Part shown: positions 17,685 to 27,560 of the stretch, piece after piece
How positions within the stretch are numbered: position 1 is the first letter of the stretch
Layout: every line of letters starts with the position of its first letter
Assembly (NCBI GenBank): GCA_965249485.1
Contig: OZ252239.1
Location: 3,709,598 to 3,773,597 of the forward strand
Source: a bacterium
GTDB lineage: Bacteria > SM23-31
Reading direction: 5' to 3'
DNA: 64,000 nucleotides
The notes under the pieces: model-generated
Databases searched by the model: none
What the model saw: the letters and a program-made list of their open reading frames with translations, nothing else
Told to the model about the DNA's origin: nothing
Position numbers and translations under genes: made by a program

Positions 17685-18794
17685 ATGAAGATTACTGAAG
17701 TAGAAGCGATTCCTTATGGTATTCCGGTTGTGAGCTTTGCCGACTCATATACAAGAATGTTTACTTCAAATGCTGTACTGGTTAAGATTTATACGGATGA
17801 AGGTCATGTCGGTATCGGAGAAGCATGCGCATGGGAACCCGAATTTTATGGTGAATCGTTTGAATCAATTTATGTTACTTTAAAAAACTATGCTGCTCCG
17901 GCAATAATCGGCGAAAATCCGTTTGACATTGGCTACATTCTTCAGAAAATAGATCGCGCACTTGCTCGTATTACAAATGTTAAAGAGGGGATTGATCTTG
18001 CACTCTACGACCTCGTCGGCAAAATCCTGAAAGTCCCTGTTCACACCTTACTTGGTGGTGCTTACCGGAGTGAAGTCGCCGTCGGTTCCGAAATTGGTGT
18101 CGATACACCTGAAGTGATGGCAAAGGATGCGCTGGAAGTTCTGAATTATGGAATTAATGTTATTAAGATTAAAGGGTCGGACAACCAAGCACTTGATGTT
18201 GTCAGAATTCATGCAGTTAGAGAAGCAGTCGGTCCCGACGTTCAAATTCGAATCGATCCCAATGCTGCCTGGAATACAATTGGAACAATAAAAACAATGC
18301 GCGAAGTTGAAGATTGTAAGTTGCAACTTCTGGAACAGCCAATTCCTGCGTGGGACTTAAAAGGTATGGCACACATCAGAGATAATATTTCAATTCCGTT
18401 GATGGCAGATGAAAGTATCTGGACTCCGGCAGATGTTATTAAATTGCATGATTACGGTGCTGCAGATCTTGTCAATGCTAAAATTGCAAAAACATGCGGT
18501 CTCTACCTTGGAAGTAAAGTTGTTGCTGCTGCTGAAGCTGTTGGCATGCCGGTCATAGCTGGGACCGAGCTTGAGCCGGGTATATCCGCTGTTGCCAAGG
18601 TTCACTTTGCTGCATCGATGCGAGACCATCCGATTGCCAGTGAATTCACCGAGTTGACTCAGGTTGACGGTACCATAATTACACCCGCATTAAAAGTCGA
18701 AAACGGCTGCCTGAAAGTGCCGCAGGGACCGGGTTTCGGAGTCGACATCGACGAAGACAAGCTCAAAGAGTACAGGAAAGAAATTAAATTCTGA
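17685..18794 (+). CDS. Enolase-superfamily enzyme, muconate cycloisomerase/racemase (MLE) subgroup
   Basis: KIK, metal ligands RIDPN, LEQP and ADES, second Lys in NAKIAK, C-terminal VPQGPGFGV. Confidence 0.88.
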   Translation: MKITEVEAIPYGIPVVSFADSYTRMFTSNAVLVKIYTDEGHVGIGEACAWEPEFYGESFESIYVTLKNYAAPAIIGENPFDIGYILQKIDRALARITNVKEGIDLALYDLVGKILKVPVHTLLGGAYRSEVAVGSEIGVDTPEVMAKDALEVLNYGINVIKIKGSDNQALDVVRIHAVREAVGPDVQIRIDPNAAWNTIGTIKTMREVEDCKLQLLEQPIPAWDLKGMAHIRDNISIPLMADESIWTPADVIKLHDYGAADLVNAKIAKTCGLYLGSKVVAAAEAVGMPVIAGTELEPGISAVAKVHFAASMRDHPIASEFTELTQVDGTIITPALKVENGCLKVPQGPGFGVDIDEDKLKEYRKEIKF

Positions 18795-18862
18795 TACGCT
18801 CCTGTAGTTATTGCTACAGGTACTCACATATTGATACATATAACAATCACCCCCGGAGACAT

Positions 18863-20185
18863 TTGAAAAAGGTAAAAGGATTACGTTGGCGCCTTGCATC
18901 TCTTTTAATGTTTGATACGATCAATAATTATCTAGATCGTATGACTCTTGCGGTCGCCATCATAGCCATCAGTCAAAGTTTTGAAATTACCAATAGCCAG
19001 TACGCCCAGATAAGCAGTTATTTTTTATTGGCATATGCTCTTATGTATGCCGGCGGTGGCCGCTTGATAGACAAACTGGGTACGTACTGGGGTTTCCTTT
19101 CTATCAACATCTTTTGGGGGCTGGCCGTCCTTTCTCACGGATTTGCCAATAGCTTTGTCGGGCTGGCCGTTTCCCGTTTTCTCCTCGGTATCGGTGAAGG
19201 AGGCGGTTTTCCGGCTGCCTGTAAAGCCGTCTCTGAATGGTTTCCCGCGAAAGAACGATCCACTGCGTTCGGGATTTTCAATGCGGGCTCCAGCATCGGT
19301 TCCGTTATTGCCGTTCCTCTCTTTGCGAGCATCATATTCTATCTCAATTGGCGATGGGTATTCTTCGTCAGTGGTTCAATCGGATTTTTCTGGGTTGCAT
19401 TCTGGGCATATTTTTACCGGATTCCGAAAGACATACCCCGCTGGGGACACCGTCTGCCGAAAGACAATGTATATATTACAGCTGATGAACTGGAATACAT
19501 TGAGTCCGCTCATGAAGCAGAAGCCCATGAAGAGGGCGATTATGCATCGAAAAAGGTTAACTGGCTCAAACTGTTTGCCGACAAAGAGATGTGGGGCATG
19601 ATCATTGCGAAATTCCTTACCGATGCAATGTGGTATTTCTACATATTCTGGACACCAAAATATTTGGCCGATGCACGGAATTTCGACATTAAAGATGTTG
19701 GAACCTACGGATGGATACCTTTTGCCTGCGCAGCATTCGGGAGTATTTTCGGCGGGAGTCTTTCAAGCTGGCTGATCAAGAGAGGCATGACTATCAATGC
19801 ATCCAGAAAGACTGCTTTTTTTATTGCTGCTTTATTCCTTCCGACGTCTGCACTCATTACGTATGTTTCAAACTTCTGGGCGGTATTTTTTATTAGTATG
19901 GGATATCTTGGGCATCAGTTTTGGACGGTCATCCATCAAACACTGCCTGCCGACCTTTATCCGAAGCATAAAGTCGCTTCGGTTGCGGGTATTATCGGAA
20001 GTGCCGGTGCATTCGGTGGTTTTGTTATGCAGTTTGTTGCTGACTGGTTAATGACAGCGTTCGGCGGTTACAGTGCTGTTTTTATCACGTTAAGTGTTAT
20101 GCACCCTCTTTCTTTTATTGTCGTTATGACTATGATCCCGAAGATTAAACGGCTTGATTCTCAATCAGCAGCCGCTTCCGCTTAA
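18863..20185 (+). CDS. MFS transporter (ExuT/anion:cation symporter-like)
   Basis: NYLDR, RFLLGIGEGGGFP, WFPAKER, WTPKYL. TTG start after GGAGA. Confidence 0.88.
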   Translation: MKKVKGLRWRLASLLMFDTINNYLDRMTLAVAIIAISQSFEITNSQYAQISSYFLLAYALMYAGGGRLIDKLGTYWGFLSINIFWGLAVLSHGFANSFVGLAVSRFLLGIGEGGGFPAACKAVSEWFPAKERSTAFGIFNAGSSIGSVIAVPLFASIIFYLNWRWVFFVSGSIGFFWVAFWAYFYRIPKDIPRWGHRLPKDNVYITADELEYIESAHEAEAHEEGDYASKKVNWLKLFADKEMWGMIIAKFLTDAMWYFYIFWTPKYLADARNFDIKDVGTYGWIPFACAAFGSIFGGSLSSWLIKRGMTINASRKTAFFIAALFLPTSALITYVSNFWAVFFISMGYLGHQFWTVIHQTLPADLYPKHKVASVAGIIGSAGAFGGFVMQFVADWLMTAFGGYSAVFITLSVMHPLSFIVVMTMIPKIKRLDSQSAAASA

Positions 20186-20213
20186 ACTCAAAAATGTATC
20201 AGTATAGTAATAC

Positions 20214-20248
20214 AATAAGCAGAAGGCAAACTTCCCCATCTGCTTATT
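20214..20248. terminator. Inverted repeat between the convergent MFS and proline dehydrogenase genes
   Basis: AATAAGCAGA-N15-TCTGCTTATT. Confidence 0.55.
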
Positions 20249-20281
20249 AATCATATCTATTAGACATCCTTTGGAAATCTG

Positions 20282-21238
20282 TTATTTCTGCAAACCGGAT
20301 GAGAGCCACATATTTTTTAACACCCAGATTGCATTTGCGGGACGCTCAGCAAGACGGCGGGTATAATAGGGAAACCAGTCCGGACCGTATGGAATCGTTG
20401 TGCGAAGCTTATAACCTTCCTGGAGGCGCAAATCGTGAAAGTTGTGTCTGATACCATAACTTTGCTGAAACTCAAAATCTTCCTTTGATCTACCGTACCG
20501 TTCCGCCGCAGCTTTGGCCTCTTCAATCATCTGCTCATCATGGGTTGCGATCCCCGGATATGTACCCTCCTTCATGATGAGATCAAGACATTTGGCATAA
20601 TTTGCATCAACATCACTTTTCTTCTGGAACGCCACACTTTCAGATTCATAATAGGCACCTTTCACAAGACGTATCCGTCCCCCTTTTTTGCTCACATACC
20701 GGATATCTTTCTCCGTTCGGTATAAGTAAGCTTGCAGAACAACACCGATATTGTCATACCCATTTGCAAAAAATTCTTCCCAGATGTCGAGCGTAGTCTG
20801 GACAATGCCGGAAAACTCCATATCAATTCTGATGAAAATATTAAATTTTTTAGCTTTTTCCATAATTGTCGTCATCTGTTCAATACAGTGATCCCGACTG
20901 ATATCAAGGCCAAGTTGGGTAAGTTTGACCGAAACATGGGACTCCCATGGCGATGCTCCACTCTTGTGGATTTTGTCAAGAAGACCACAGTTTCTATCAC
21001 GTGCTTCTGCACACAATACCGGGTCATTGACACTTTCTCCAAGGTAGGTTGTCGTACATCCAATTCCCCGTTCATTAAAACTCTTTATCTCAGCTATCGC
21101 CTCATCGATTGTTTCACCTGCAACAAATTGCCGGGCAAACGATGTTGGAGTTTTCATCCCCTGTTTTTGAACAATGCCGGTAATCGTCTTATTCTCGGAC
21201 AAAAACAACATGAAATAGCGCCATATCTGTCGAATCAT
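20282..21238 (-). CDS. Monofunctional proline dehydrogenase family flavoprotein
   Basis: FVAGETI, SVKLTQLG, RIDME, RLVKGAY, IATHD, PYGPDWFPYYTRRLAERPAN. Confidence 0.9.
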   Translation of the reverse strand: MIRQIWRYFMLFLSENKTITGIVQKQGMKTPTSFARQFVAGETIDEAIAEIKSFNERGIGCTTTYLGESVNDPVLCAEARDRNCGLLDKIHKSGASPWESHVSVKLTQLGLDISRDHCIEQMTTIMEKAKKFNIFIRIDMEFSGIVQTTLDIWEEFFANGYDNIGVVLQAYLYRTEKDIRYVSKKGGRIRLVKGAYYESESVAFQKKSDVDANYAKCLDLIMKEGTYPGIATHDEQMIEEAKAAAERYGRSKEDFEFQQSYGIRHNFHDLRLQEGYKLRTTIPYGPDWFPYYTRRLAERPANAIWVLKNMWLSSGLQK

Positions 21239-21391
21239 ATATTACACCACACGTGGGATTTCAATTTTAAAGAATAAAGTTTCATAAGAAGATGTCCACT
21301 ATAAAAAATGTAATACTTTTTTTATACAAAATAAATCTAAATATTTCTGATTACTGCAAAAAGAGTCCTAACCGATTCCACGGTAAAGCAG

Positions 21392-21420
21392 TTGACTTTT
21401 TTCTGTTTTTCATCTATATT
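21392..21420 (+). promoter_or_regulatory. sigma70-type promoter upstream of SDR-OCD
   Basis: TTGACT-N17-TATATT, 110 nt before the ATG at 21531. Confidence 0.6.
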
Positions 21421-21530
21421 TAATACTTCAGAATATGAGCGGTTTTATACAAACTCACACCTTGTTTTTAAGCAAATAAGACACTTCCACGTACGGTTAT
21501 ACCGTACTAACGCTCCGCGAGGATAAAGTA

Positions 21531-22283
21531 ATGAATTCTAATAATGTACTTATGGTAACCGGCGGCGCACGCGGTCTCGGAGCTGCTGTTGTGAAAAAAT
21601 ATATCGGCAAAGGCTGGAAAGTCGTTGTCAATTACCTGTCAGAATCTTCTCTGGAAAAAATTCAACGTGAAATAGAGGAGATTAACGGTTCATCCCAGGT
21701 AGTATTTTTCAAAGCTGATGTAAGTAATAGGAAACAGGTTAAGTCGATGTTTGATGCCGCTGTTGAGCATTTCGGAACGGTGGATGTTCTGCTCAATTGT
21801 GCCGGAAAAAACCAGGATGCACCTTTTACCGAGCTCACTGACGAGATGTGGGATACTGTGATCAATGTTCACCTCCGCGGTACTTTTTTGTGCTGTCAGG
21901 AATATGCCCTCCACAACACCGACAAACCGGGGACCATTATCAATATTGGTGCGGTATGTGGACTGCAGGGCAGGAAAAATGGCTCCAATTTCTGCAGCGC
22001 AAAAGCGGGTGTCATTGCACTTACCAAATGTCTTGCACTTGAACTTGCTCCGCGCATTCATGTCAATTGTCTGATACCGGGATCGTTTCAGACCGAGGAG
22101 GTGGTCGAACGGTACAATCTTGAAACACAAGAAGGCCTTGAAAAAGTGTTAAAACATATTCCTCTCGGTAAGCTGGGAAACCTGGACGATTTTACCAGGA
22201 TTGTGTGCACCATGATCGAATCGGAATTCATTACCGGCCAGACTATCATTATTGACGGAGGTCAGATTCTAACACAGAATTAG
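21531..22283 (+). CDS. SDR family oxidoreductase (FabG-like) with non-canonical catalytic residues
   Basis: TGGARGLG, DVS, LLNCAG. NIGAV and NFCSAK stand where NISS and YxxxK are expected. Confidence 0.88.
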   Translation: MNSNNVLMVTGGARGLGAAVVKKYIGKGWKVVVNYLSESSLEKIQREIEEINGSSQVVFFKADVSNRKQVKSMFDAAVEHFGTVDVLLNCAGKNQDAPFTELTDEMWDTVINVHLRGTFLCCQEYALHNTDKPGTIINIGAVCGLQGRKNGSNFCSAKAGVIALTKCLALELAPRIHVNCLIPGSFQTEEVVERYNLETQEGLEKVLKHIPLGKLGNLDDFTRIVCTMIESEFITGQTIIIDGGQILTQN

Positions 22284-22350
22284 TTGATTTCTTTCCTGAC
22301 ACAATAAATGATTATCATCTATACTTAGTTTTTAGAACAAAAAGGAATGT

Positions 22351-23325
22351 ATGATTGACCGGAAACTGCTTTATTTGTCACGGCAGGATGTTGAAACAAT
22401 CAATCTGCCGATGAGTGACATCATCGACGCATTGGAAAAAATGTTTAAAGAAAAAGGTGAAGGCAAAACCGATATGCCGCCAAAAACAGCTATTCACACA
22501 CTTCCTGATACATTTATTAATCCGATGCCAGCATTTATCCCGAGCCTCCAGTCAGCAGGTATGAAATGGGTTTCAACGTACCCGCCGAACATAAAAAAAG
22601 GACTCCCGATCATTTCCGGTTTGCTGATTCTGAATGATCCTGAAACAGGTATTCCAATCTCCGTTATGGACTGTACCTGGATTACCGGAAAACGGACAGG
22701 CGCTGCCTCTTCTGTTGCTGCAAAATACCTTGCCCGCAAGGAGAGTTCAACGGTCGGCATTGTTGCGTGCGGTGTTCAGGGGCGCGGAAACCTTGAGGCC
22801 ATTTCATGCTTATTTGATATCAACAAAGTATACGCATATGATAAATTCCCTGAGGCATCTGAACGATTTGCAAAAGAGATGGGCACACAGCTTGAACTTG
22901 AGATTGAACCGGTAACAGAACTCTCAAAAGCAGTCAAGGGATTGGATATTGTCGTGACCAGCGGGCCGATTTCCAAAAAACCGCAACCGGAAGTCGACGC
23001 CGGATGGCTTGCAGAGGGTTCGTTTGCGAGTCCTGTCGATTACGATTCGTACTGGACACCGGAAGCGCTCAGAGAAATCGACAAACTTGCAACAGATGAC
23101 AAAAGACAGATGGACTATTATAGGGAAGACGGCCGTTTTAAAAACACGCCGAATCCCTATGCCGATCTTGGAGAGATTGTCACTGGCCTGAAACCCGGTA
23201 GAGAAATAGATAGCGAAAGGACCATGAGTATGAATCTTGGTATTGCCCTCGACGATATGGCAACTGCAATTCTGATTTATCAAAAAGCAATCGAGCTGGG
23301 TATCGGGACTGAACTACCCTTGTAA
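22351..23325 (+). CDS. Ornithine cyclodeaminase/mu-crystallin family protein
   Basis: MPPK, AGMKWVS, ILNDPETG, ITGKRTGAAS, GIALDDMA. Confidence 0.9.
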   Translation: MIDRKLLYLSRQDVETINLPMSDIIDALEKMFKEKGEGKTDMPPKTAIHTLPDTFINPMPAFIPSLQSAGMKWVSTYPPNIKKGLPIISGLLILNDPETGIPISVMDCTWITGKRTGAASSVAAKYLARKESSTVGIVACGVQGRGNLEAISCLFDINKVYAYDKFPEASERFAKEMGTQLELEIEPVTELSKAVKGLDIVVTSGPISKKPQPEVDAGWLAEGSFASPVDYDSYWTPEALREIDKLATDDKRQMDYYREDGRFKNTPNPYADLGEIVTGLKPGREIDSERTMSMNLGIALDDMATAILIYQKAIELGIGTELPL

Positions 23326-23585
23326 CATATACTTCTATAAATTAACTAAAAGCACTGCTTTAAACATTGAAAATCCCCTCAATGCATTTTTCTAATCACA
23401 GCAGGGAATGATATTTGTGTTTGTTGATGCATCAAATTGCAGAAACATTAAAAAATTCATTACAACTTTTATAGCACTTAATTAAACTGACTGTAGGATT
23501 ATCTGTTTGGAAAAAAGAAAAGTATCACGTAATTTATAATGTTATCCTAATAGTGTTGCGAGGATGGAAGTAACGGAGGTTAAGA

Positions 23586-24752
23586 ATGACCAAGCGCTTA
23601 AGTACACGATCTGTTCATGCCGGTGAAAATAGAGCATTTAAATCACTTACTACCCCTATTGTTCAGGCGTCAACTTATTATTTTGAAAATATTGAAGATG
23701 TCGATGCATTTATTGAAGGGAAACGGCACCATTACGAATATGGGCGGTATGACAATCCGACTCGCCGGGCAGCTGAGGAAAAACTTGCTGATCTGGAAAA
23801 TGCCGAGTCGTGCCTACTTTTTGACAGTGGAATGGCTGCAGTGACTACTGCTCTTTTGGCATTCCTCGAAAGCGGTGACAACATGGTCATGACAGACGAC
23901 GTGTACCGGCAGACAATGAATTTTGCTGAGCTGATTCTACCGCGATACGGTATTGGTGTGTCGGTTGTTCCGGTACGAAACTACGATGCTATGGAGAAAG
24001 CTATAAGTGGTGATACCCGTGTTATATTTAACGAATCTCCTACGAATCCGTATTTGAATGTTATGGACCTTGACAAAATCCGTGATCTCGGCCACAAACA
24101 CAACGTTATAACGATGATTGACAGTACTTTTGCAACGCCGTACAATCAGCAGCCGCTCACGTTTGGCATCGATCTCGCCATCCACAGTGCAACCAAATAT
24201 CTCGGTGGTCATAACGATCTGCTCATCGGAGCGGTATTGGGTAAAGAAAAACATATTGCACGGATCCGGGAATTTCAGCGGGTTCTCGGCGGGGTTCCCG
24301 ATCCATTTGCCTGTTATTTACTAATACGCGGCCTCAAGACTGGTGCTGTACGAATGAAACATTTGAATGAAAGCACAGAAAAAATCGCCGAATTTCTCGA
24401 TGGCCATCCGAAAATTAGAAAAGTGTATTACCCGGGTCTTGTGCATCATCAGGATCATGAAGTTGCAAAAGCACAAATGAAGGGATACGGGGGTATTGTT
24501 ACGATAGAACTGGATGGTGGTCTTGAGGAGACAATGCGGTTTGTAAGTTCTTTAAAAATGTGTCTTTTGGCTCCCAGTCTCGGTAGTCCTGAAACACTGG
24601 TAACACACCCGGCAAGCATGTCATTCTACACATTTACCCGCGATGAACGGATTGAGCTGGGCATTCTCGATGAACTTGTAAGAATTGCAGTTGGCTTGGA
24701 AGACACGGAAGACATCATCGAGGATCTTGAGAACGCATTAAAGAAAGTGTAA
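23586..24752 (+). CDS. PLP trans-sulfuration enzyme (cystathionine gamma-synthase/lyase, methionine gamma-lyase family)
   Basis: YGRYDNPT, SGMAA, ESPTNP, DSTFATP, HSATKYLGGHND (PLP Lys), VRIAVGLED. Confidence 0.9.
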   Translation: MTKRLSTRSVHAGENRAFKSLTTPIVQASTYYFENIEDVDAFIEGKRHHYEYGRYDNPTRRAAEEKLADLENAESCLLFDSGMAAVTTALLAFLESGDNMVMTDDVYRQTMNFAELILPRYGIGVSVVPVRNYDAMEKAISGDTRVIFNESPTNPYLNVMDLDKIRDLGHKHNVITMIDSTFATPYNQQPLTFGIDLAIHSATKYLGGHNDLLIGAVLGKEKHIARIREFQRVLGGVPDPFACYLLIRGLKTGAVRMKHLNESTEKIAEFLDGHPKIRKVYYPGLVHHQDHEVAKAQMKGYGGIVTIELDGGLEETMRFVSSLKMCLLAPSLGSPETLVTHPASMSFYTFTRDERIELGILDELVRIAVGLEDTEDIIEDLENALKKV

Positions 24753-24821
24753 CCAAAATCTGTATTCAGAATACAAAGGGGAATTTTTTTGAATCTGACT
24801 CAGGCATAAGATTTAAACTAT

Positions 24822-24855
24822 GGTGGAGTCTGTAATGTGCAGTTCCACCTTTTTT
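24822..24855 (+). terminator. Intrinsic terminator after the trans-sulfuration gene
   Basis: GGTGGA..CTG-loop-CAG..TCCACC followed by TTTTTT. Confidence 0.7.
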
Positions 24856-24886
24856 ACGTTTCTTTGTCATCAACTATGAGGCAACC

Positions 24887-26509
24887 ATGAACGTTCTTTC
24901 TTTACAAAAAACTGGATTCCTATTTTATCTCTTGATTATCACTTGTATCATGAGTTTTATATTGAGCTGTTCAGAAGGTAGCAATGATCTTCCAGTCAAT
25001 CTCTGGAAGGATTCGACTGCAGAAACAATCGGTATTACAGAATACTGGACTAATAGAATCGATATAGCTGATTTGAATGGTGACGGTCTGCCCGATATTC
25101 TCTGTGCTATTGGTGGCACAAACAATGCACCGCTGGACCCGGAGCTGAGCCGTGTGTATTTTAATTTGGGAGCTGAAAACGGATTTCAGGATGTGAGCGA
25201 ATTAGTTTTCGGCGATAGACGATGGATATCACGGGTTATTAAAGCGCGGGATATTAACAGCGACGGACATGCGGATATTGTTGTCGGAACGGCATTTTCA
25301 AATCAGAGCAGGCTTTACCTTGGGGACGGAACAGGTAATTTCAACGATGTTACCGCGACGCATCTTCCTCAGATAAATAGAAGTGTTTCCGATCTGGAAT
25401 TCGGCGACATCGATGAGGATGGAGACATCGATATAGCGTTGTCCGACTGGGGGCTGGGTGATCCTGCCCAGAATGACGGCGGCAGGCCGATGCTCTGGTT
25501 GAATGATGGAAACGGCCGATTTACAGATGTGACGGAAGTACGGATTCCCGATGTACGAGCCAAGTTTGCATGGGAATGTGAGCTGGTCGATGTCGATAAC
25601 GATTATGATCTCGATTTTCTCGTGACTGCGCGGTTTAATGAGAGCAGCTTTCTCTTTGAAAATGACGGCAAAGGAATGTTTACCGATGTATCGCAGAATC
25701 AACTTCCCCAGTATCCCGACAATTACGATTTTGAGGCGATTGACATGAATGGTGATGATTATCTCGATATGGTAACCATCAATGACGGGGAAAAAATTGA
25801 GGGGCCTAGTTCATCCAGCCGCAGGCAGCATATCTTTTTCAATGATGGAACAGGAACGTTTATTGACGTATCACCGACGCACTGGCCCGATTCGGAAAAT
25901 CCGGGGTACGATGATAACGTTGCTGCTTGCCTCGATTTCGATTCGGATGGAGATGCCGATGTGATGATTGCGTCATTGACCGGACCTGACCGGCTCCTTG
26001 TAAATGACGGTAAAGGACATTTGAGGATGGCGCCGGATGTGCTGTATGGGGGTAGGCCTACTGAGGGCACGCTCCATCTTACCGTTGCCGATATGAACAG
26101 TGATGGAAAAATCGATGTGATTCAGGCACAGGGTGAAACGGTGGATAAAATTGAGGAAGGTTCGTTCGAAGACAAAGTGTATCTCGGCACGAATATTTCG
26201 GTTGATACTGCTCCACCGGTTATATCGCTTGTAGAAGAGTTTGAAAATATAAATGCTGGTGACCAGCTAAGAATCCGTGCACGGATCCACGATAACAAAA
26301 GCCCCACTCTGCCATTTGAATGGCAATCAGTTGTGCTTCAATGGACACGTGATACTGAGACACACACTATCCCAATGGAATGGTACGGTGAATACCTCTG
26401 GCGTGCGGAAATAACCCCTGCTTCATCAGCCGGAACACTCACCTACCGTGTCTGTGCAACCGATGCCAATGGGAATGAAGCATGTTCGGATATGATAAAC
26501 GTCCAATAA
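24887..26509 (+). CDS. FG-GAP/VCBS repeat beta-propeller lipoprotein with C-terminal Ig-like domain
   Basis: Lipobox ILS-C. Seven DxxxDGxxD-type repeats (DLNGDGLPD, DINSDGHAD, DIDEDGDID, DVDNDYDLD, DMNGDDYLD, DFDSDGDAD, DMNSDGKID). Confidence 0.85.
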   Translation: MNVLSLQKTGFLFYLLIITCIMSFILSCSEGSNDLPVNLWKDSTAETIGITEYWTNRIDIADLNGDGLPDILCAIGGTNNAPLDPELSRVYFNLGAENGFQDVSELVFGDRRWISRVIKARDINSDGHADIVVGTAFSNQSRLYLGDGTGNFNDVTATHLPQINRSVSDLEFGDIDEDGDIDIALSDWGLGDPAQNDGGRPMLWLNDGNGRFTDVTEVRIPDVRAKFAWECELVDVDNDYDLDFLVTARFNESSFLFENDGKGMFTDVSQNQLPQYPDNYDFEAIDMNGDDYLDMVTINDGEKIEGPSSSSRRQHIFFNDGTGTFIDVSPTHWPDSENPGYDDNVAACLDFDSDGDADVMIASLTGPDRLLVNDGKGHLRMAPDVLYGGRPTEGTLHLTVADMNSDGKIDVIQAQGETVDKIEEGSFEDKVYLGTNISVDTAPPVISLVEEFENINAGDQLRIRARIHDNKSPTLPFEWQSVVLQWTRDTETHTIPMEWYGEYLWRAEITPASSAGTLTYRVCATDANGNEACSDMINVQ

Positions 26510-26542
26510 ACACTAATTTTTCAAATGCAAAAAGCAGTACGT

Positions 26543-27526
26543 TTACTTTATATCTTCATATTCCCATTTGAGGCGGGCAACACGATACCCTGTTAGACCG
26601 GGTTTGACTGAAGAAATGTAGTATTGCGTACCGTCCTTAATGATCCATCCTGCTTCCACATCGATCGTCGTGATAAGATAATCGTCGTTGCCTATTCCGA
26701 AGTCGAGCGGATTTGCGGAGCGGTATACCGATGTAAGGTAATCTCCTTCACCGTCCGGAGGGGAATGGGTACGGAACAGGTAATATGCACGCTCCTGCGG
26801 ATGGTAGAGAACGTACGGTACTTCCGCGTCCGACCACCCTTCTCCCTTGCTGCCGCCGAACGAGACAATTTGAGAATCGCTCCATGTTTTAAGGTCGTTT
26901 GACGTTCTGCAGTAAATTGCACTTTTCTGTCCGGGATTAGCTGTGTAATAGATATGATAGGTATTGCCAATAACCGTGATCATCGCATCCCGTGTGCTAT
27001 TTCCCAATCCTTCGTTGAACATACCCGATTTTCCATCACGGTTGAGCTGCCGTGCGAATGTTTTCCCGTCACTACTCCGGGCAAGACAGATACTCTCCCA
27101 GTCCCCATACACCATAAGATATTCGTTTCCAATTTTCGTAGCATGGGGTGTCTGAATGCCGCCGGGAGTTTCACCGAAATTGGGGTCGGCTATCATTGAA
27201 ATCCCCATTGGTTTCCAGTCCGTATCGGTTATTTTATCTCCTTGCCACTGGTAGAACAACCGGGTGTTACCGCCGACATTTGTTTTGCGGATACATCCCC
27301 AAAGCTGGAACGTCCCATCTGCTGCCTGCCAGATACCGTATGCAGTTGTTTCCTGCTCATTACTATTGTATTGACCGAGATCGGGATTATCCGCAATCGA
27401 CCACCATTCTCCATCGATTTTTGGTACTAAGATTTTTCCCATAGGTTTATCCTGTGCATATATGTGTGTGATTGTCAGCATGAAAACCATTATTATTGTG
27501 AAAAACCGAGTCTGGAAACTATTCAT
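26543..27526 (-). CDS. Secreted hypothetical protein, probable beta-propeller (GH43/32-like fold resemblance)
   Basis: Signal peptide IYA-Q, Asp-box-like RSSDGKTF and RTSNDLKTW, RDAMI. RBS GGAGGA. Confidence 0.55.
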   Translation of the reverse strand: MNSFQTRFFTIIMVFMLTITHIYAQDKPMGKILVPKIDGEWWSIADNPDLGQYNSNEQETTAYGIWQAADGTFQLWGCIRKTNVGGNTRLFYQWQGDKITDTDWKPMGISMIADPNFGETPGGIQTPHATKIGNEYLMVYGDWESICLARSSDGKTFARQLNRDGKSGMFNEGLGNSTRDAMITVIGNTYHIYYTANPGQKSAIYCRTSNDLKTWSDSQIVSFGGSKGEGWSDAEVPYVLYHPQERAYYLFRTHSPPDGEGDYLTSVYRSANPLDFGIGNDDYLITTIDVEAGWIIKDGTQYYISSVKPGLTGYRVARLKWEYEDIK

Positions 27527-27560
27527 GTCTTATTCCTCCAAGTTGTTAAGGTTATTTTCG

